From Barthelona sp. PCE (taxonomy: Eukaryota): DNA of 64,000 nucleotides. The DNA is taken from assembly GCA_040285745.1 (NCBI GenBank), contig JAUFOR010000002.1, forward strand, positions 1,364,001-1,428,000, in the 5' to 3' direction. The notes below the pieces were generated by a model, which saw only the letters and a list, made by a program, of their open reading frames with translations, searched no databases and had not been told where the DNA came from. The position numbers were made by a program, and so were the translations under genes. Shown here in pieces: positions 41,062-52,003 of the stretch (its first letter is position 1; the number at the start of each line of letters is the position of its first letter).

Positions 41062-42954
41062 TTATTGCTCTTTAATTTCTCTGATAATTCTGAATTTTGC
41101 CTCCTTTAACCTCTCTGCAACGTTCAATACACTAGTTTCAAACGTGTAATCAGAAAAATCACTGTTGAAAACAATACGCTCCACATTAACACAAAAATCA
41201 TGCATTTTTCGACCAATTCTCTCTAATATTCCCCCTTTTGGTGTCAAAATACGAATGATTTCATCACTATCAGAAAAATCTTCCTTAATGACGCACTCCA
41301 ATACCTTCAACTCTTGGTTTTCAACAGAAAACTGATACAATCTACCATTAAACTCAATTGTACGCTCATCCACGTGGAACATACGATATACTTCGTCTGT
41401 CACAATCGGAATCCAATGAACAGCGATAGTTTTGGTCTCCCGATCAAGGAAAAACGTAAAAAGTTTAGACTCTCCAACCATTGCACTGACTGCGAATAAA
41501 ACATTAGGATTAGACTCTTCACCACTGATTCTCATATTGCCAAAGACATGACCGTGTTGTCTGCTCACCATATACTGCACTACATTATCACGAACAACTA
41601 AACAAGTAATTTCATTCCGTGTAACAACCCATAATACGTCGTCTTGAAGACTATATTCTCCTTCTTCAATTGACATAACCGACCCGTTACCAACCCTGAA
41701 TCCCATGTACGTGCACAAAACAAAAGAGTGCTTGTTGAATAACAACTGAGAGCATTCTTCCTCTTCTTCATCAGTGATGTTTGTTTGATGTAAAACATTT
41801 CCTTCAACATCAATAATCAAGCCCCTTTCATGATCGTCGTGCACAAAAGAACATCCGTCGGTGACCAACAACACATCTGAGAAATCCTCCAATGTGCTGG
41901 AATCAACTGTATAAAAAAGCATTTGCTCACTTGTTGGGATGCTAAAAAAATTACTTTTGATGGAATTTCCAGCCATAATCGCTAGATCTGAACCTCTATG
42001 AAGACCAAACATTCGATCTCTTCCGGATTCTACTTCAAAATTGAAGAGCTCAGTCATATTACCATTAAAAAATTCTCCAACAAAACCTCCCTCTGAGTTA
42101 ATGAATACTCTCGAAATGGCATCACCGCAGATCACATTGTTCATTTCTTCTGTACATTTATCATAATATACGCTTGAATACAAAGACTGTTCAGGAACAA
42201 AGAGTAAGCAATCATCTAAAAACAAGCAAGAAGACTTTTCACTCCACATATACGTCAGTTCCATGGCATTTATGTTCTCAGAGCAAATTTCAAGACCATT
42301 CAAAGTTACTAGTCTTAATTCCGAACTCATGCATACTATGAATCTAAACTTACAATCTTTTGATATCACACCGCTCAGTCCGTCAACATCATAAAAATCC
42401 TTTTCAATGGTGACGAACTTCCCACTGTGGATGCAACCAATCCTTACTCCACTTTCATTCGAATATACCAACACTGAATGGGTTATATTGACTTGTGGAA
42501 TCTCAAACAGATGTGTTTCAACGATCGTTGTGCTCAAATAAATACAATGCACAACGTGTTTACCGTTTTCAAGTGGTCCATTTTCAAATCGGCACAACAC
42601 ATGAGTGTCAGAGATGTACGCAACTTTTTCTAGTTGACCATTCTCTTCAATCAGTTCCTTCAAAACATGGCAATCCACCGATTTAACAGGCTCCAGGCCC
42701 TTGGATGAGAGTTCAAAGTACTCAATAACGTCTTTCCCCTCTGAAATATTGCCAAACAAAGAATCAGAATAATAGCACTTTTGGATCTGATTCTCATGAT
42801 CCACATGGTCAAACCCTGTTCTTTCCAATCTATCACCCATAACAATTACGTGGTTATTGCAATTAGATGAATCATACGCGTGAAAAAAATACTGAGCCTC
42901 ATTTAAACGTTTTATCTCTCCGTCCTTCATTGGTATAGCGTGAGCTCTAGGCAT
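41062..42954 (-). CDS. Divergent lineage-specific family protein (~630 aa)
   Basis: Long ORF with ATG at 42954; beta-strand-rich; similar size and C-terminal motif to the two other ORFs. Confidence 0.75.
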   Translation of the reverse strand: MPRAHAIPMKDGEIKRLNEAQYFFHAYDSSNCNNHVIVMGDRLERTGFDHVDHENQIQKCYYSDSLFGNISEGKDVIEYFELSSKGLEPVKSVDCHVLKELIEENGQLEKVAYISDTHVLCRFENGPLENGKHVVHCIYLSTTIVETHLFEIPQVNITHSVLVYSNESGVRIGCIHSGKFVTIEKDFYDVDGLSGVISKDCKFRFIVCMSSELRLVTLNGLEICSENINAMELTYMWSEKSSCLFLDDCLLFVPEQSLYSSVYYDKCTEEMNNVICGDAISRVFINSEGGFVGEFFNGNMTELFNFEVESGRDRMFGLHRGSDLAIMAGNSIKSNFFSIPTSEQMLFYTVDSSTLEDFSDVLLVTDGCSFVHDDHERGLIIDVEGNVLHQTNITDEEEEECSQLLFNKHSFVLCTYMGFRVGNGSVMSIEEGEYSLQDDVLWVVTRNEITCLVVRDNVVQYMVSRQHGHVFGNMRISGEESNPNVLFAVSAMVGESKLFTFFLDRETKTIAVHWIPIVTDEVYRMFHVDERTIEFNGRLYQFSVENQELKVLECVIKEDFSDSDEIIRILTPKGGILERIGRKMHDFCVNVERIVFNSDFSDYTFETSVLNVAERLKEAKFRIIREIKEQ

Positions 42955-43035
42955 TGTATGCTTGAACAATGTTAAAGAATAAAATCAAAATTGGAAAGGA
43001 TTATATATAAAGAAATGTAAATGAAAATGATATAC

Positions 43036-43262
43036 TTCGTAGGAGGTTGTAAATTTACTTCGGAGTTAGACACTTGTACGGGAGTTGCGAGCTCCCTCGA
43101 GTGCTGTGCTTGCACTGAGAATTGTTCTAGAGCCCCTTTTTTTTAAAATAAAAGGGGGAGAAAGAAATGATGTAAGTACTCACAGAGTACAAGAGGGAAG
43201 ACCGCGTGTCTACTCCTCAGTAGATTTACTCCTACGAAATAGCGTGTTATTCACAAGCGTGC
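43036..43262 (+). repeat. Dispersed structured element, copy 2 (227 bp)
   Basis: Near-identical inverted copy of 14089-14313; sits in the intergenic space 15 bp from the stop of the CMTR2-like gene. Confidence 0.9.
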
Positions 43263-43277
43263 TTCAACAAAATGATT

Positions 43278-45716
43278 TTACTCGTGAAGAACGTCTGGGA
43301 GCTGACTCATATGTGCGTACAACTTTGTCAATAAATCATGGTTATACTTCAAAATAGTCTTCATAAAACTCGAGTGCTCCAAAATAATGGAGTGATGAAC
43401 CAAACTATACGGTCCAAGCTTCTTATGTTTCGTCCTCGAATGGATCTCATTCACGCGAATTACGCCAGCTTCAAGATAACTCTTGAGATTAGCAAGCTGT
43501 TTCAGCAAAATTGGGGAAGGTACAAGTGAAATAACAAATAAAGTCTCAAAATTGAACGCAAACGATGACTTGGGCTTCATTAATACTGATCTGGTTGCGA
43601 TACTGGACATTAAAAAGATGAAACTCACATAAAAGAATGTGAAGGAATATGGTAGTCTGAAAACAACCGTTGTATTCTGTTTATGCATCATCCTGATGCT
43701 CATTGACCGGTGAAGCATATCGATAATTGTCTTAAGATAGTGCAAAAGCGCAGTATTATTGTGGAACGCCGACTTGGGGTTCACACCCTTCACAACGTCC
43801 AGTTTACCGTTTGTGAGATCCACAACAATGGTGTCCACGTCGAGAGAGTCTCCCTCCGCAGCGCTCTCCTTGAACAGGAAGTATTTTTGAAAAATATCCG
43901 GTGAAAGAATCTTTGCAAAAACATGTGGCCATCCCTTGGGCCTAAACTCCCGATCAATGGGCTCAACTGCTGACAGGGGGTACGTGTATCCAACCGTCTG
44001 TCCGGTTGCAACTTGTCCGTGGATATCACGCATGAACTGTCGGTACTTACTTCGCAGTCTTGTGAAATCGTCTCTGTTTGTGACATTGTCGGGTTTAAGC
44101 GCGTTCTGACACATGTGAACGTTCTCTATAAGCTGGTTGAGAGTGATACCCTGCATTCCAAGGAAGCGGGAAGAGCGAGGGACGCTCGGTACATATCCGA
44201 TCTGTAATCCTTCCCATTCATCGAAGTTCACAATATCCACCGTGCTCCCTGTCGCAATAAAAGCAGCAGAAAGATCGTCAGAGAATATTGTCTGCTTCAC
44301 ATCATAGTTCTCTAATACCGTTATTATAGACTGACGAAGCACCTTCAGGTCTCTAAATGCATCGATGTCAGATAGAGCCGGGGGTGTGAGGGCACGTGGC
44401 GGACTTGGATAACCAAACTGAGTTTTCAACATCAGTGAGTTAACAATAGGCACCTTATATTTCGCTAAAAACAACGATGCACATTTCTCGAGGCCAGCAT
44501 GCACAGCGTGGATATTGAGAATAACACCATTAAGAGCTTTGAGTGATGCGTCGGTGAATTGCAGCTGCCTCTTGAGAATCGACTGAAAAATCGATGAATA
44601 AGCCTTCAAAAAGACATCCTGCATACTCCCTGCCGGATACAACATGCGACCTATGTCGTTCTTGTAGAATACAAACTTCAGAAAGTCGATAATGCGACTT
44701 GGAATGTTGCGGAATCCCTGCGCGACAACAAAGCACTCACTAGAGACTGGATGAGACGCGGTGGGTTTGACGATACTCACGTTCGTAAACGCACGCCAGA
44801 TATAATACAGAAGAGAGACGGTTGAATCGTGGAACATCGTTGTCAGCTTCAGAATCAGAGTTCCCTCGGAATTAAGGCATGAAAACGCAAGGAGCACCTG
44901 TGCCCATACAAGAGATATGTTTTCCTCCTCCGAAGAACCCATGACTCCGTCGGCAGTTATCATATCAACCGAATAACTCGGAAAACTCTTAAAATTATAC
45001 TGGTCAAGAAGGTTTCCGGTCCCGTCCGCCAAGAAGTCCCAGTTCTGAGGCCTACTCACCATGAGCACGTCCGAGACGCAATCCTTCTGTTTGGTACACT
45101 CATTGAGCGTATTGTAACTGACAGCCTTCCACTTCCACAGTCCGCGTGACTGGCGTCCCATACCCATGTTTCTCTGCTCGTGCTCAACCGCCATCGACGG
45201 CCTCTCTGTGTCCACAATGTGGTTTATGGCAAGAACGAAATCACCGGGGCCTTCACAAAGATGAAGGGTCGAAAAAATTTCCTTGTTGACTGGGACCACC
45301 TGAGGGTAGTGTTTGAGGATCTCATACATCTTCAGAAACGAGTGGCCGGACTGGATCATTTCACACTGGGTGCAACGATCCAAAAGACGAAATTGACAAA
45401 CGTCAATATGGCTAACAATCTCTGCCCAACGCTGCGGGTCCTGCTCGAGTATCTCCTCCCTCATTGTGTGATACTTCTCCTTTTGAGCTTGAATCTCACC
45501 ATGACCTATTGAACTGATACTAGAAACTGAATCAAAATCAAAGGATGCGTATTCACCATTCTGGAACGAGGGGAGGAAGCTAAGTTCATCCAGCGTGAAT
45601 GGTTGACTTTGTGGAAACTCGTGGTGTGAAGCAGTAAAAACTGTTGGCATCACTACACGATTACCCCTATCCCGGATATACTCTCTGTGCCGCGTGCTGA
45701 GTGTAAGCGGCTCCAT
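43278..45716 (-). CDS. CMTR2: FtsJ/RrmJ-type cap-specific mRNA 2'-O-methyltransferase, CMTR2-like
   Basis: LKMYEIL, LHLCEGPGDFVLAINH, ITADG, LILKL, KPTASHPVSSECFVVAQGF (K-D-K-E tetrad); degenerate second MTase-like segment at the C-terminus. Confidence 0.8.
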   Translation of the reverse strand: MEPLTLSTRHREYIRDRGNRVVMPTVFTASHHEFPQSQPFTLDELSFLPSFQNGEYASFDFDSVSSISSIGHGEIQAQKEKYHTMREEILEQDPQRWAEIVSHIDVCQFRLLDRCTQCEMIQSGHSFLKMYEILKHYPQVVPVNKEIFSTLHLCEGPGDFVLAINHIVDTERPSMAVEHEQRNMGMGRQSRGLWKWKAVSYNTLNECTKQKDCVSDVLMVSRPQNWDFLADGTGNLLDQYNFKSFPSYSVDMITADGVMGSSEEENISLVWAQVLLAFSCLNSEGTLILKLTTMFHDSTVSLLYYIWRAFTNVSIVKPTASHPVSSECFVVAQGFRNIPSRIIDFLKFVFYKNDIGRMLYPAGSMQDVFLKAYSSIFQSILKRQLQFTDASLKALNGVILNIHAVHAGLEKCASLFLAKYKVPIVNSLMLKTQFGYPSPPRALTPPALSDIDAFRDLKVLRQSIITVLENYDVKQTIFSDDLSAAFIATGSTVDIVNFDEWEGLQIGYVPSVPRSSRFLGMQGITLNQLIENVHMCQNALKPDNVTNRDDFTRLRSKYRQFMRDIHGQVATGQTVGYTYPLSAVEPIDREFRPKGWPHVFAKILSPDIFQKYFLFKESAAEGDSLDVDTIVVDLTNGKLDVVKGVNPKSAFHNNTALLHYLKTIIDMLHRSMSIRMMHKQNTTVVFRLPYSFTFFYVSFIFLMSSIATRSVLMKPKSSFAFNFETLFVISLVPSPILLKQLANLKSYLEAGVIRVNEIHSRTKHKKLGPYSLVHHSIILEHSSFMKTILKYNHDLLTKLYAHMSQLPDVLHE

Positions 45717-45781
45717 TGAGAGTGCAGAAAAGAAATAAACTCGAAAACAAGCGTTTTCACATTATTTCACCAATACCTAAT

Positions 45782-46582
45782 ATGAGACGAAGACCTTTAA
45801 TTCCACTGGACCTTATACCGGGCATAGATGCCGACATCACAGCTATTTTGACTCCAAGATCAAGGAGAATGAATTCCAGAGCAAGTTCTCGTAGTAGCAG
45901 AGCGGGGAGCTTTGTTTTTGCATCACATCTGCTTCCCAGGCCCAGAGGGGCTGACCAGATATCCGGCTTAAGGAATTTTGAGATTCAGAAGTTCATTGAA
46001 CAATCTCATCGAGTCGATGAAACCCTTAAAATGGTTTTAGAGATCCTTGAATCCACAGAAATGGCTCTGTCGATGGAGCAGCTTTATGATTTGCTGCTGA
46101 ATGAAGATAAAGATTTCAACCTTCACTATTCCGATCTATTAGAGGTTTTAAAGTCTAATTCAAGTTATGTTGCAAGCGATTGTACCCCTATTCTCATGAT
46201 TGAGACCTTCAGTGAGGATGCAGAGCCCTATGTACTGTATATGAGAAATGTTATTGAATCCGAAGACCATGAAGAACTTGTTGAACAAGACTTTGAGAAT
46301 GAGGAGGAGCTAGAAAATGTCGAAGAGAACGAGGAGGAAGATGTTGACGAAACTGAGGGTGAAACCGCTTTAATACAGATTGAAAATGAAGAGGATGAAG
46401 AGGATGATGAACAGGCTAATTACAGCGATGACACTTATGTCTTTGTTGAAGATATGTTCTCTGATAACGAGGAAGATGATTTACATTTCTACGTGGAAGA
46501 AGTCGATTCTGATGAAAGTTTGAAGAATGAAGAAGCAGAGTACGAAGATATTGCTAAAAACAAGCAGTGTGATTTATTGTAA
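45782..46582 (+). CDS. Acidic hypothetical protein (266 aa)
   Basis: ATG at 45782; basic N-terminus, very E/D-rich C-terminal half. Confidence 0.7.
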   Translation: MRRRPLIPLDLIPGIDADITAILTPRSRRMNSRASSRSSRAGSFVFASHLLPRPRGADQISGLRNFEIQKFIEQSHRVDETLKMVLEILESTEMALSMEQLYDLLLNEDKDFNLHYSDLLEVLKSNSSYVASDCTPILMIETFSEDAEPYVLYMRNVIESEDHEELVEQDFENEEELENVEENEEEDVDETEGETALIQIENEEDEEDDEQANYSDDTYVFVEDMFSDNEEDDLHFYVEEVDSDESLKNEEAEYEDIAKNKQCDLL

Positions 46583-46617
46583 AGACAATTAACTTAATTG
46601 AATTATGATTGCAATGA

Positions 46618-49600
46618 TTAGATGTCAAAAGGATCATGACTCTCAATATCATACTCTGATGGAACACTAACGTTCAACTCTGAAACTACATTTTGCAAAT
46701 AAGGTGCTCTCTGCTCCTCTGTATCAGTAAATACGTCCGTTCCAGGTTCTTCTTCTTCTTCAACCATAACCTCGGCCTGAGCGTTCCTCTTCTGTTCTTG
46801 AAGGATCGTTGTAATTTCAGAGACGACTTCCTCGTTGATGAACTGTCTGATATCAATGTTCTCTTGACGCATTTGCTTCAACAACTGCAAACTTGCTGGA
46901 ATGTTCTTCTCCAATCTGAAATAATAATAAACTAGAACTCCATACAGATCACCTTGGTGAATTAACACGTTCCTGTTCCATAAATCGGCGGGACCATCGT
47001 CAAGATTGACATCAATCTCCCGACTCTTAATCGTCATTAGCAATGATTCCAACTCCTCGACGTGCATCATCGCTTCGGGATCGCCTGCAGTACTGTTTAT
47101 GATATGTTGCTTGAGAGTCAAGAACTGTTTGATGGCCTGAATCTCACGAATCAGCCACGGCATGTTGGGAGGGGAAGAGTCGCTCTTCTTGAGCATCTTT
47201 GCTCCCTCAATGAGTGCCTTAATACCTTTCTCATAGTTTCTATATGAATCAATCTCCACTCCACCGCAAGACACATAGAAGCGACACAAACGGCGCCACT
47301 CTTTGGCTTTTGAAAACAACTTGATTATTGCTTTGAGGATCGATGGATCTGACTGCCAGTCTTGAAGCTGCAAGAACGATGCAACCTTGATGTACACCTT
47401 CCGATCTCTCGAGACTTTTGCAAACCTCATGATTTTCTTGATGTTTCCTGTGCGCATCAGCGACTCCAACGCCTTCATTGTGTCGCCAGCCTGTGTGTAA
47501 TACGCTGCCGCCTTATCAAACGCACCCTGTCGCTGACACAGAAGGGCTATACTGCTCAACAGAGCGCTCCTCTGCTCCTGGTGGGAATTGTCTGAAGGAA
47601 TGGACTGCAACATGGGGTTTTGCAGCATCTGTTCCTCCATTTCTTCAGACATCTTAACGTGTTTCGAAACCATGAGCTCCAACGCCTCCTCCAACATCTG
47701 CTTTTGGACCAGTAGCGTCGCCGCCTTCGTTTTCTGTCCGTGCTCGATGTAGAATTGAATGAGTCTGTCGGCTAGCTCACCACTCAGGTTACGGATGTTC
47801 TTCGATATATCACCGACGCTCTCGAGCAAATCAAGACGATCGTACTTAAAGCAAAGCGTTGCTGCACGCTCTCCGAATCCCGCCTTCGAATACAAGACAA
47901 CTGCCTTCTCGAGTTCATTATTTTCCTGGAAATACTGCGCTGCCTTTCTTTGCAAGCGGGAATTGGACTTTAGAGACAGTGTAAACACCTCCTGTGCATC
48001 AGCTCCGAGCTCAATGGCCAAAGACAATGCCTTAGAATCGACTCCCGCCTTTATGAAGCACTCAAATGCCTTCCTGCGGTTCTTCTGCAAGATATCAGTA
48101 GCCTTGTCTGTGATAGAAGGAGTTACAGGAATCGGTGAATTCATCTCAAGTGAGTCTGGTTGAAAACTGTGGCCCGCAGCCTGTGGGCTCAGGAGCAGAT
48201 CATGGGCGTTCTCAAGCAACGATGGAATTCTTTCACTGTTTCCAACTGCCGTTTCGATGGGCTTGATGACGTCATCAGACTCGAAATCAAGCCTGGTCAA
48301 ATCAGATTCTCCATAGGTGATCAAAAACTTCCCGTAGGCGTAGTAACCTTTCCTATCTCCCGAGTCTTTAAGGATCTTCTCAACAAGACCAAAGTTCTTC
48401 GTACGACACAGCACGCGTACCTGCTTTTCGATATCATTCGCTCTCTCGTAGTAGCTGAGGGCAGCACTGAGATCCCCTATTGTTTCCTTTAGCATTCCGA
48501 GCCATATGATAACTTCAACGTTTGTGGTCTTACCCAGCACCTCACATACGCGATTGAGCAACTCTTCGTCGCCAGATGCGTATATATCCGGGAGAATGAG
48601 CTCCACAAACCCAGACTCCAACAGCATTTTAAACGCCTCCTCAACTCTTTTCTGCTTAAACAACAACTTGCTGTATCTGAACAAAACAGATTTCAGGAGG
48701 ATCCTATCGTTCTTCTTACAGAACTTGATTGCTTCATCAAACCGATTTAACATCATGAGGAGCAAGACATAAAAGTCTATGGCAGATACGCTCTTGAAAA
48801 TATCAAGAGCGTCATCATAAAACCCAAGCGTGACTGCGATCGAGCCTAGCTGGATTGTTTTGAGATGAGTGGTGTCTGCAATATAAAAAGTTGTGTAGTT
48901 CTGAAGGAAACGTGAGAAATAGCCAACTTCTGACATCTTCAAGTGGCTCAAACAGAACTTGAGGATCTCCAAATCTTTGGCCTTGATACAAATACGCGCC
49001 AATAGAAACCAGAGTGACTTTGATGCCTTGAGCTCTGGCTTTGACAGAAGTCCCCGAACCTTTGACACGTCCTTAATAGAAATGAAGTGCATGAAATCCA
49101 GTAACAGACGGATAATCGTTGGATTGAGGGGTTCTGATGCAAGTGACTGGAAGAACTTTAAGTATACACTGTCCAGACTAAGCTTAACCATATCTGTGCT
49201 CTTAACTTGTTCGCGTTGGGATGTTTCCGCTCCACCAACAACCATGCGTCGGCGCATAGGCCTTGCACGCACTTTAGTTTCACTGATGAAGAACAAGGAG
49301 GGCACAGCTCCGTAAAACAACATTGAATCTTTAGTTTTCAAAGGTGGTACAAATCTATCCTGGAAGTACGCCTTCCCTAGGACAATGAAATATGTAAACA
49401 CCTCTGTCTTTGCAGTTTCATTACCACTCAGTGATACCGTCTTAATATCTCTGTTGAAGAAGTAACTGCTCCCAAGACCCAAAACAGCAAGTGACTCGTT
49501 ATCAAGTGAGGCTCCCTGTAGTGTGGTCATTGAAGAGGCTGGTGTACCCTTCATCCTATGAAGTGAGTTACGCAGTTTGTCCAGGTCAGCATTCACAAGC

Positions 49601-51603
49601 GCTTCTTCCTGGCCCGTTGCGTGCATGATATTGTTGCGCATGTCCTGCTGCAGCGAATGGACATTTGTAGCACCTGTATCAACGTGGATAACACGCTCAT
49701 CGACAGTATCCCACACGTGATCAACTATGTACCTGCTTGGATCATCTATGCACATGTCGATGAGTTGCGACGTTGTTACGTCAAAGACAAACAAACTAGG
49801 ACTCGTTGACACCGTCATTAACGCATCTGACAACCCGTCCTCGCTTCTGTATGACGACATGAATATGGAAACCAGAGAGAGCGTTTTGTTAAACCTGATA
49901 TCGAAGGGGACAGCGATCAGATCGTGGTTGAACGATCCCAGCCTTGTCAGAGTCATTGATGGGCTGTCGAACTGGAACAGCGCAAAGAAGCCAAGGTTCG
50001 TTAGAACCGCGAGTCTCGTCAAACCTTCATACGTACCTGCGCACATAATGGCGATCTGCCCGTCTTGCCTGTTGAGGGGCAGTGAGAAAACAACCTTCAT
50101 CTTATCCACTGAGAACAAATTGAGCATGCTGTCGTTCGCGTACGCAATGGTGTTGCTCTCCAGGAGGACCGCACACGAGCACCCCTGTTCAATATGCGTT
50201 GGGTCAGCCAACGTTAGTGACGCCGAGTTGATGCTGAACATGTAATGGATCATCTCGCTGTCGGTGACGCACAGTAGAGCTGTATCGGTGAGCGCAGCGT
50301 GCTGCAACCGGCCGTTGATCTCCAATGATGTTCGAATATCCGTATTAGTCTGCAACTGCAAAAGATTCGACTTGAGTTGATATAGAATTAACACGTTGTC
50401 TCCTCTGATCCACTTCTTAACGAGGCGTCGATTGAGCAAGACCATGAAAGAAATATTGGGAGTCCTGACAACAACAGCGTCTGTCTGATTCGTAGTTGTA
50501 AAGCACGTCAGTTGCAGAACCTGGCCAATATCAACGTCAATCCCAAGCGCCTCTGCCTCCTGCTTCAGGCTGACACAGGCGACCTCCTCCCAGTGGGTGA
50601 ATACAGACTTGAACCCTGTACTATTCTTCCAGATTAGCAGCTTACCTTCATTTGTACCTGCGAAAAGCATCGATTTTCGATCGTTGTAGTGTAGAGACAC
50701 GACGTGATCAGTGTTTGTGACGTTAAACAGCTGGAAAACAAAGTGTTCCTGATTCCGGATATTCCACACGCGGATATGCCTCTCGTTTGTGATTGTACAG
50801 AAGAGCTCCGGTGCCAACCAGAAAGCAGACGTGCACTTCACAGATTGAGCTGCTAACCGTGCACTTGAATTGTTTGAAATTGTTAACGATGTTGCGTCAA
50901 ACGATTCCCCATCATTATGGATCTCTATACTGTTAATATTAAGGTGCATGGATTCGCTGATGCTCACAATACAATGCTCTGATGAAACTGTACTGATGTA
51001 GTGACTGAAGAAGACCATATCCTCAACGTTGTACAGATGGATGACCTGATCGTTGTGCAACATATATATAGAACCTCCCTCCAGGCCAACAAGCAGAATA
51101 GGGCAGTCGCTGGCCATGTTAAATGCAGTACAGTCAACAGCCTGAATATACTTGATCTTCTCGTCAAATTTGTGACGGAGACGATCCTCAACAACTGTGT
51201 TTGTGATCTCAAAGACAGAAACATAACCCTTTTCACAGCCACTGATTAGAAAATCATGTGAGTGACATGTGAAAAAATCTAATACAGTAATCTTACCACG
51301 ATGCGCTTCTCCGTTCTCCCAATGCTGGTTTTCTGATATAAAGCGGAGTGTGAGTGTGCCTTCAAGCCAACCAATAGCAAGATACGCTTCGATAGGATGA
51401 AAAGCCAATTTCACACAATCTAATGGTCTGGAATATGTTAGATCGGGCATGAGTTGCCCGTCTTCCGTGTAGAAAAGAACCTTTCCACCAGATCCTACTG
51501 CAAAGAAAGGAAGATCCTTGTGGGACGCCAATTCTGTGATTTTCGCCTTACCAGCAGGAGCTGACAAAGGCTTTGTAAAAAAAATGGAACTCTTTAACGA
51601 CAT
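46618..51603 (-). CDS. IFT140: Intraflagellar transport protein 140 (WD40 + TPR)
   Basis: N-terminal WD-like repeats; C-terminal FAKVSRDRKVYIKVASFLQLQDWQSDPSILKAIIKLFSKAK...CGGVEIDSYRNYEKG. ATG at 51603. Confidence 0.92.
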   Translation of the reverse strand: MSLKSSIFFTKPLSAPAGKAKITELASHKDLPFFAVGSGGKVLFYTEDGQLMPDLTYSRPLDCVKLAFHPIEAYLAIGWLEGTLTLRFISENQHWENGEAHRGKITVLDFFTCHSHDFLISGCEKGYVSVFEITNTVVEDRLRHKFDEKIKYIQAVDCTAFNMASDCPILLVGLEGGSIYMLHNDQVIHLYNVEDMVFFSHYISTVSSEHCIVSISESMHLNINSIEIHNDGESFDATSLTISNNSSARLAAQSVKCTSAFWLAPELFCTITNERHIRVWNIRNQEHFVFQLFNVTNTDHVVSLHYNDRKSMLFAGTNEGKLLIWKNSTGFKSVFTHWEEVACVSLKQEAEALGIDVDIGQVLQLTCFTTTNQTDAVVVRTPNISFMVLLNRRLVKKWIRGDNVLILYQLKSNLLQLQTNTDIRTSLEINGRLQHAALTDTALLCVTDSEMIHYMFSINSASLTLADPTHIEQGCSCAVLLESNTIAYANDSMLNLFSVDKMKVVFSLPLNRQDGQIAIMCAGTYEGLTRLAVLTNLGFFALFQFDSPSMTLTRLGSFNHDLIAVPFDIRFNKTLSLVSIFMSSYRSEDGLSDALMTVSTSPSLFVFDVTTSQLIDMCIDDPSRYIVDHVWDTVDERVIHVDTGATNVHSLQQDMRNNIMHATGQEEALVNADLDKLRNSLHRMKGTPASSMTTLQGASLDNESLAVLGLGSSYFFNRDIKTVSLSGNETAKTEVFTYFIVLGKAYFQDRFVPPLKTKDSMLFYGAVPSLFFISETKVRARPMRRRMVVGGAETSQREQVKSTDMVKLSLDSVYLKFFQSLASEPLNPTIIRLLLDFMHFISIKDVSKVRGLLSKPELKASKSLWFLLARICIKAKDLEILKFCLSHLKMSEVGYFSRFLQNYTTFYIADTTHLKTIQLGSIAVTLGFYDDALDIFKSVSAIDFYVLLLMMLNRFDEAIKFCKKNDRILLKSVLFRYSKLLFKQKRVEEAFKMLLESGFVELILPDIYASGDEELLNRVCEVLGKTTNVEVIIWLGMLKETIGDLSAALSYYERANDIEKQVRVLCRTKNFGLVEKILKDSGDRKGYYAYGKFLITYGESDLTRLDFESDDVIKPIETAVGNSERIPSLLENAHDLLLSPQAAGHSFQPDSLEMNSPIPVTPSITDKATDILQKNRRKAFECFIKAGVDSKALSLAIELGADAQEVFTLSLKSNSRLQRKAAQYFQENNELEKAVVLYSKAGFGERAATLCFKYDRLDLLESVGDISKNIRNLSGELADRLIQFYIEHGQKTKAATLLVQKQMLEEALELMVSKHVKMSEEMEEQMLQNPMLQSIPSDNSHQEQRSALLSSIALLCQRQGAFDKAAAYYTQAGDTMKALESLMRTGNIKKIMRFAKVSRDRKVYIKVASFLQLQDWQSDPSILKAIIKLFSKAKEWRRLCRFYVSCGGVEIDSYRNYEKGIKALIEGAKMLKKSDSSPPNMPWLIREIQAIKQFLTLKQHIINSTAGDPEAMMHVEELESLLMTIKSREIDVNLDDGPADLWNRNVLIHQGDLYGVLVYYYFRLEKNIPASLQLLKQMRQENIDIRQFINEEVVSEITTILQEQKRNAQAEVMVEEEEEPGTDVFTDTEEQRAPYLQNVVSELNVSVPSEYDIESHDPFDI

Positions 51604-52003
51604 GCGGTCAATCAAAGAGGTTAAGAAAAGGAGTAAAATACAAAAACAATTTACAAAGATTCAAATGCTGTTGTTTGGAACTGTAAGCCCAAAAAATTAA
51701 GTATCGATTGTCCTAGAGTACATTTTGGAACTGAGAGAACGAATGGGGTTAAGAAAACATAAAAGTTCTCTTTTTGACTGATTCAAATTAAATGTTTTCC
51801 GCAATCTGATGAATGCAAATAGGGGTCATACAGCACCTACATTGTGAAAACATACCTAAATAATTTTGATAGATAATCAAAAATCCAAAATGCTCCAATA
51901 ATAACTTTGAAATCGTCACAAACAGTGATCTTACTGTTAGATAACGTTTTAATACAACGCTTTCTTTTATTATAATAACATAATCATAAATATGCTATCA
52001 TAC

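Noticed and set aside
43085-43357. Short ORFs crossing the repeat element (also 14159-14356)
   Set aside because: Non-ATG starts, and the two copies differ by frameshifting indels, so the element is not coding.
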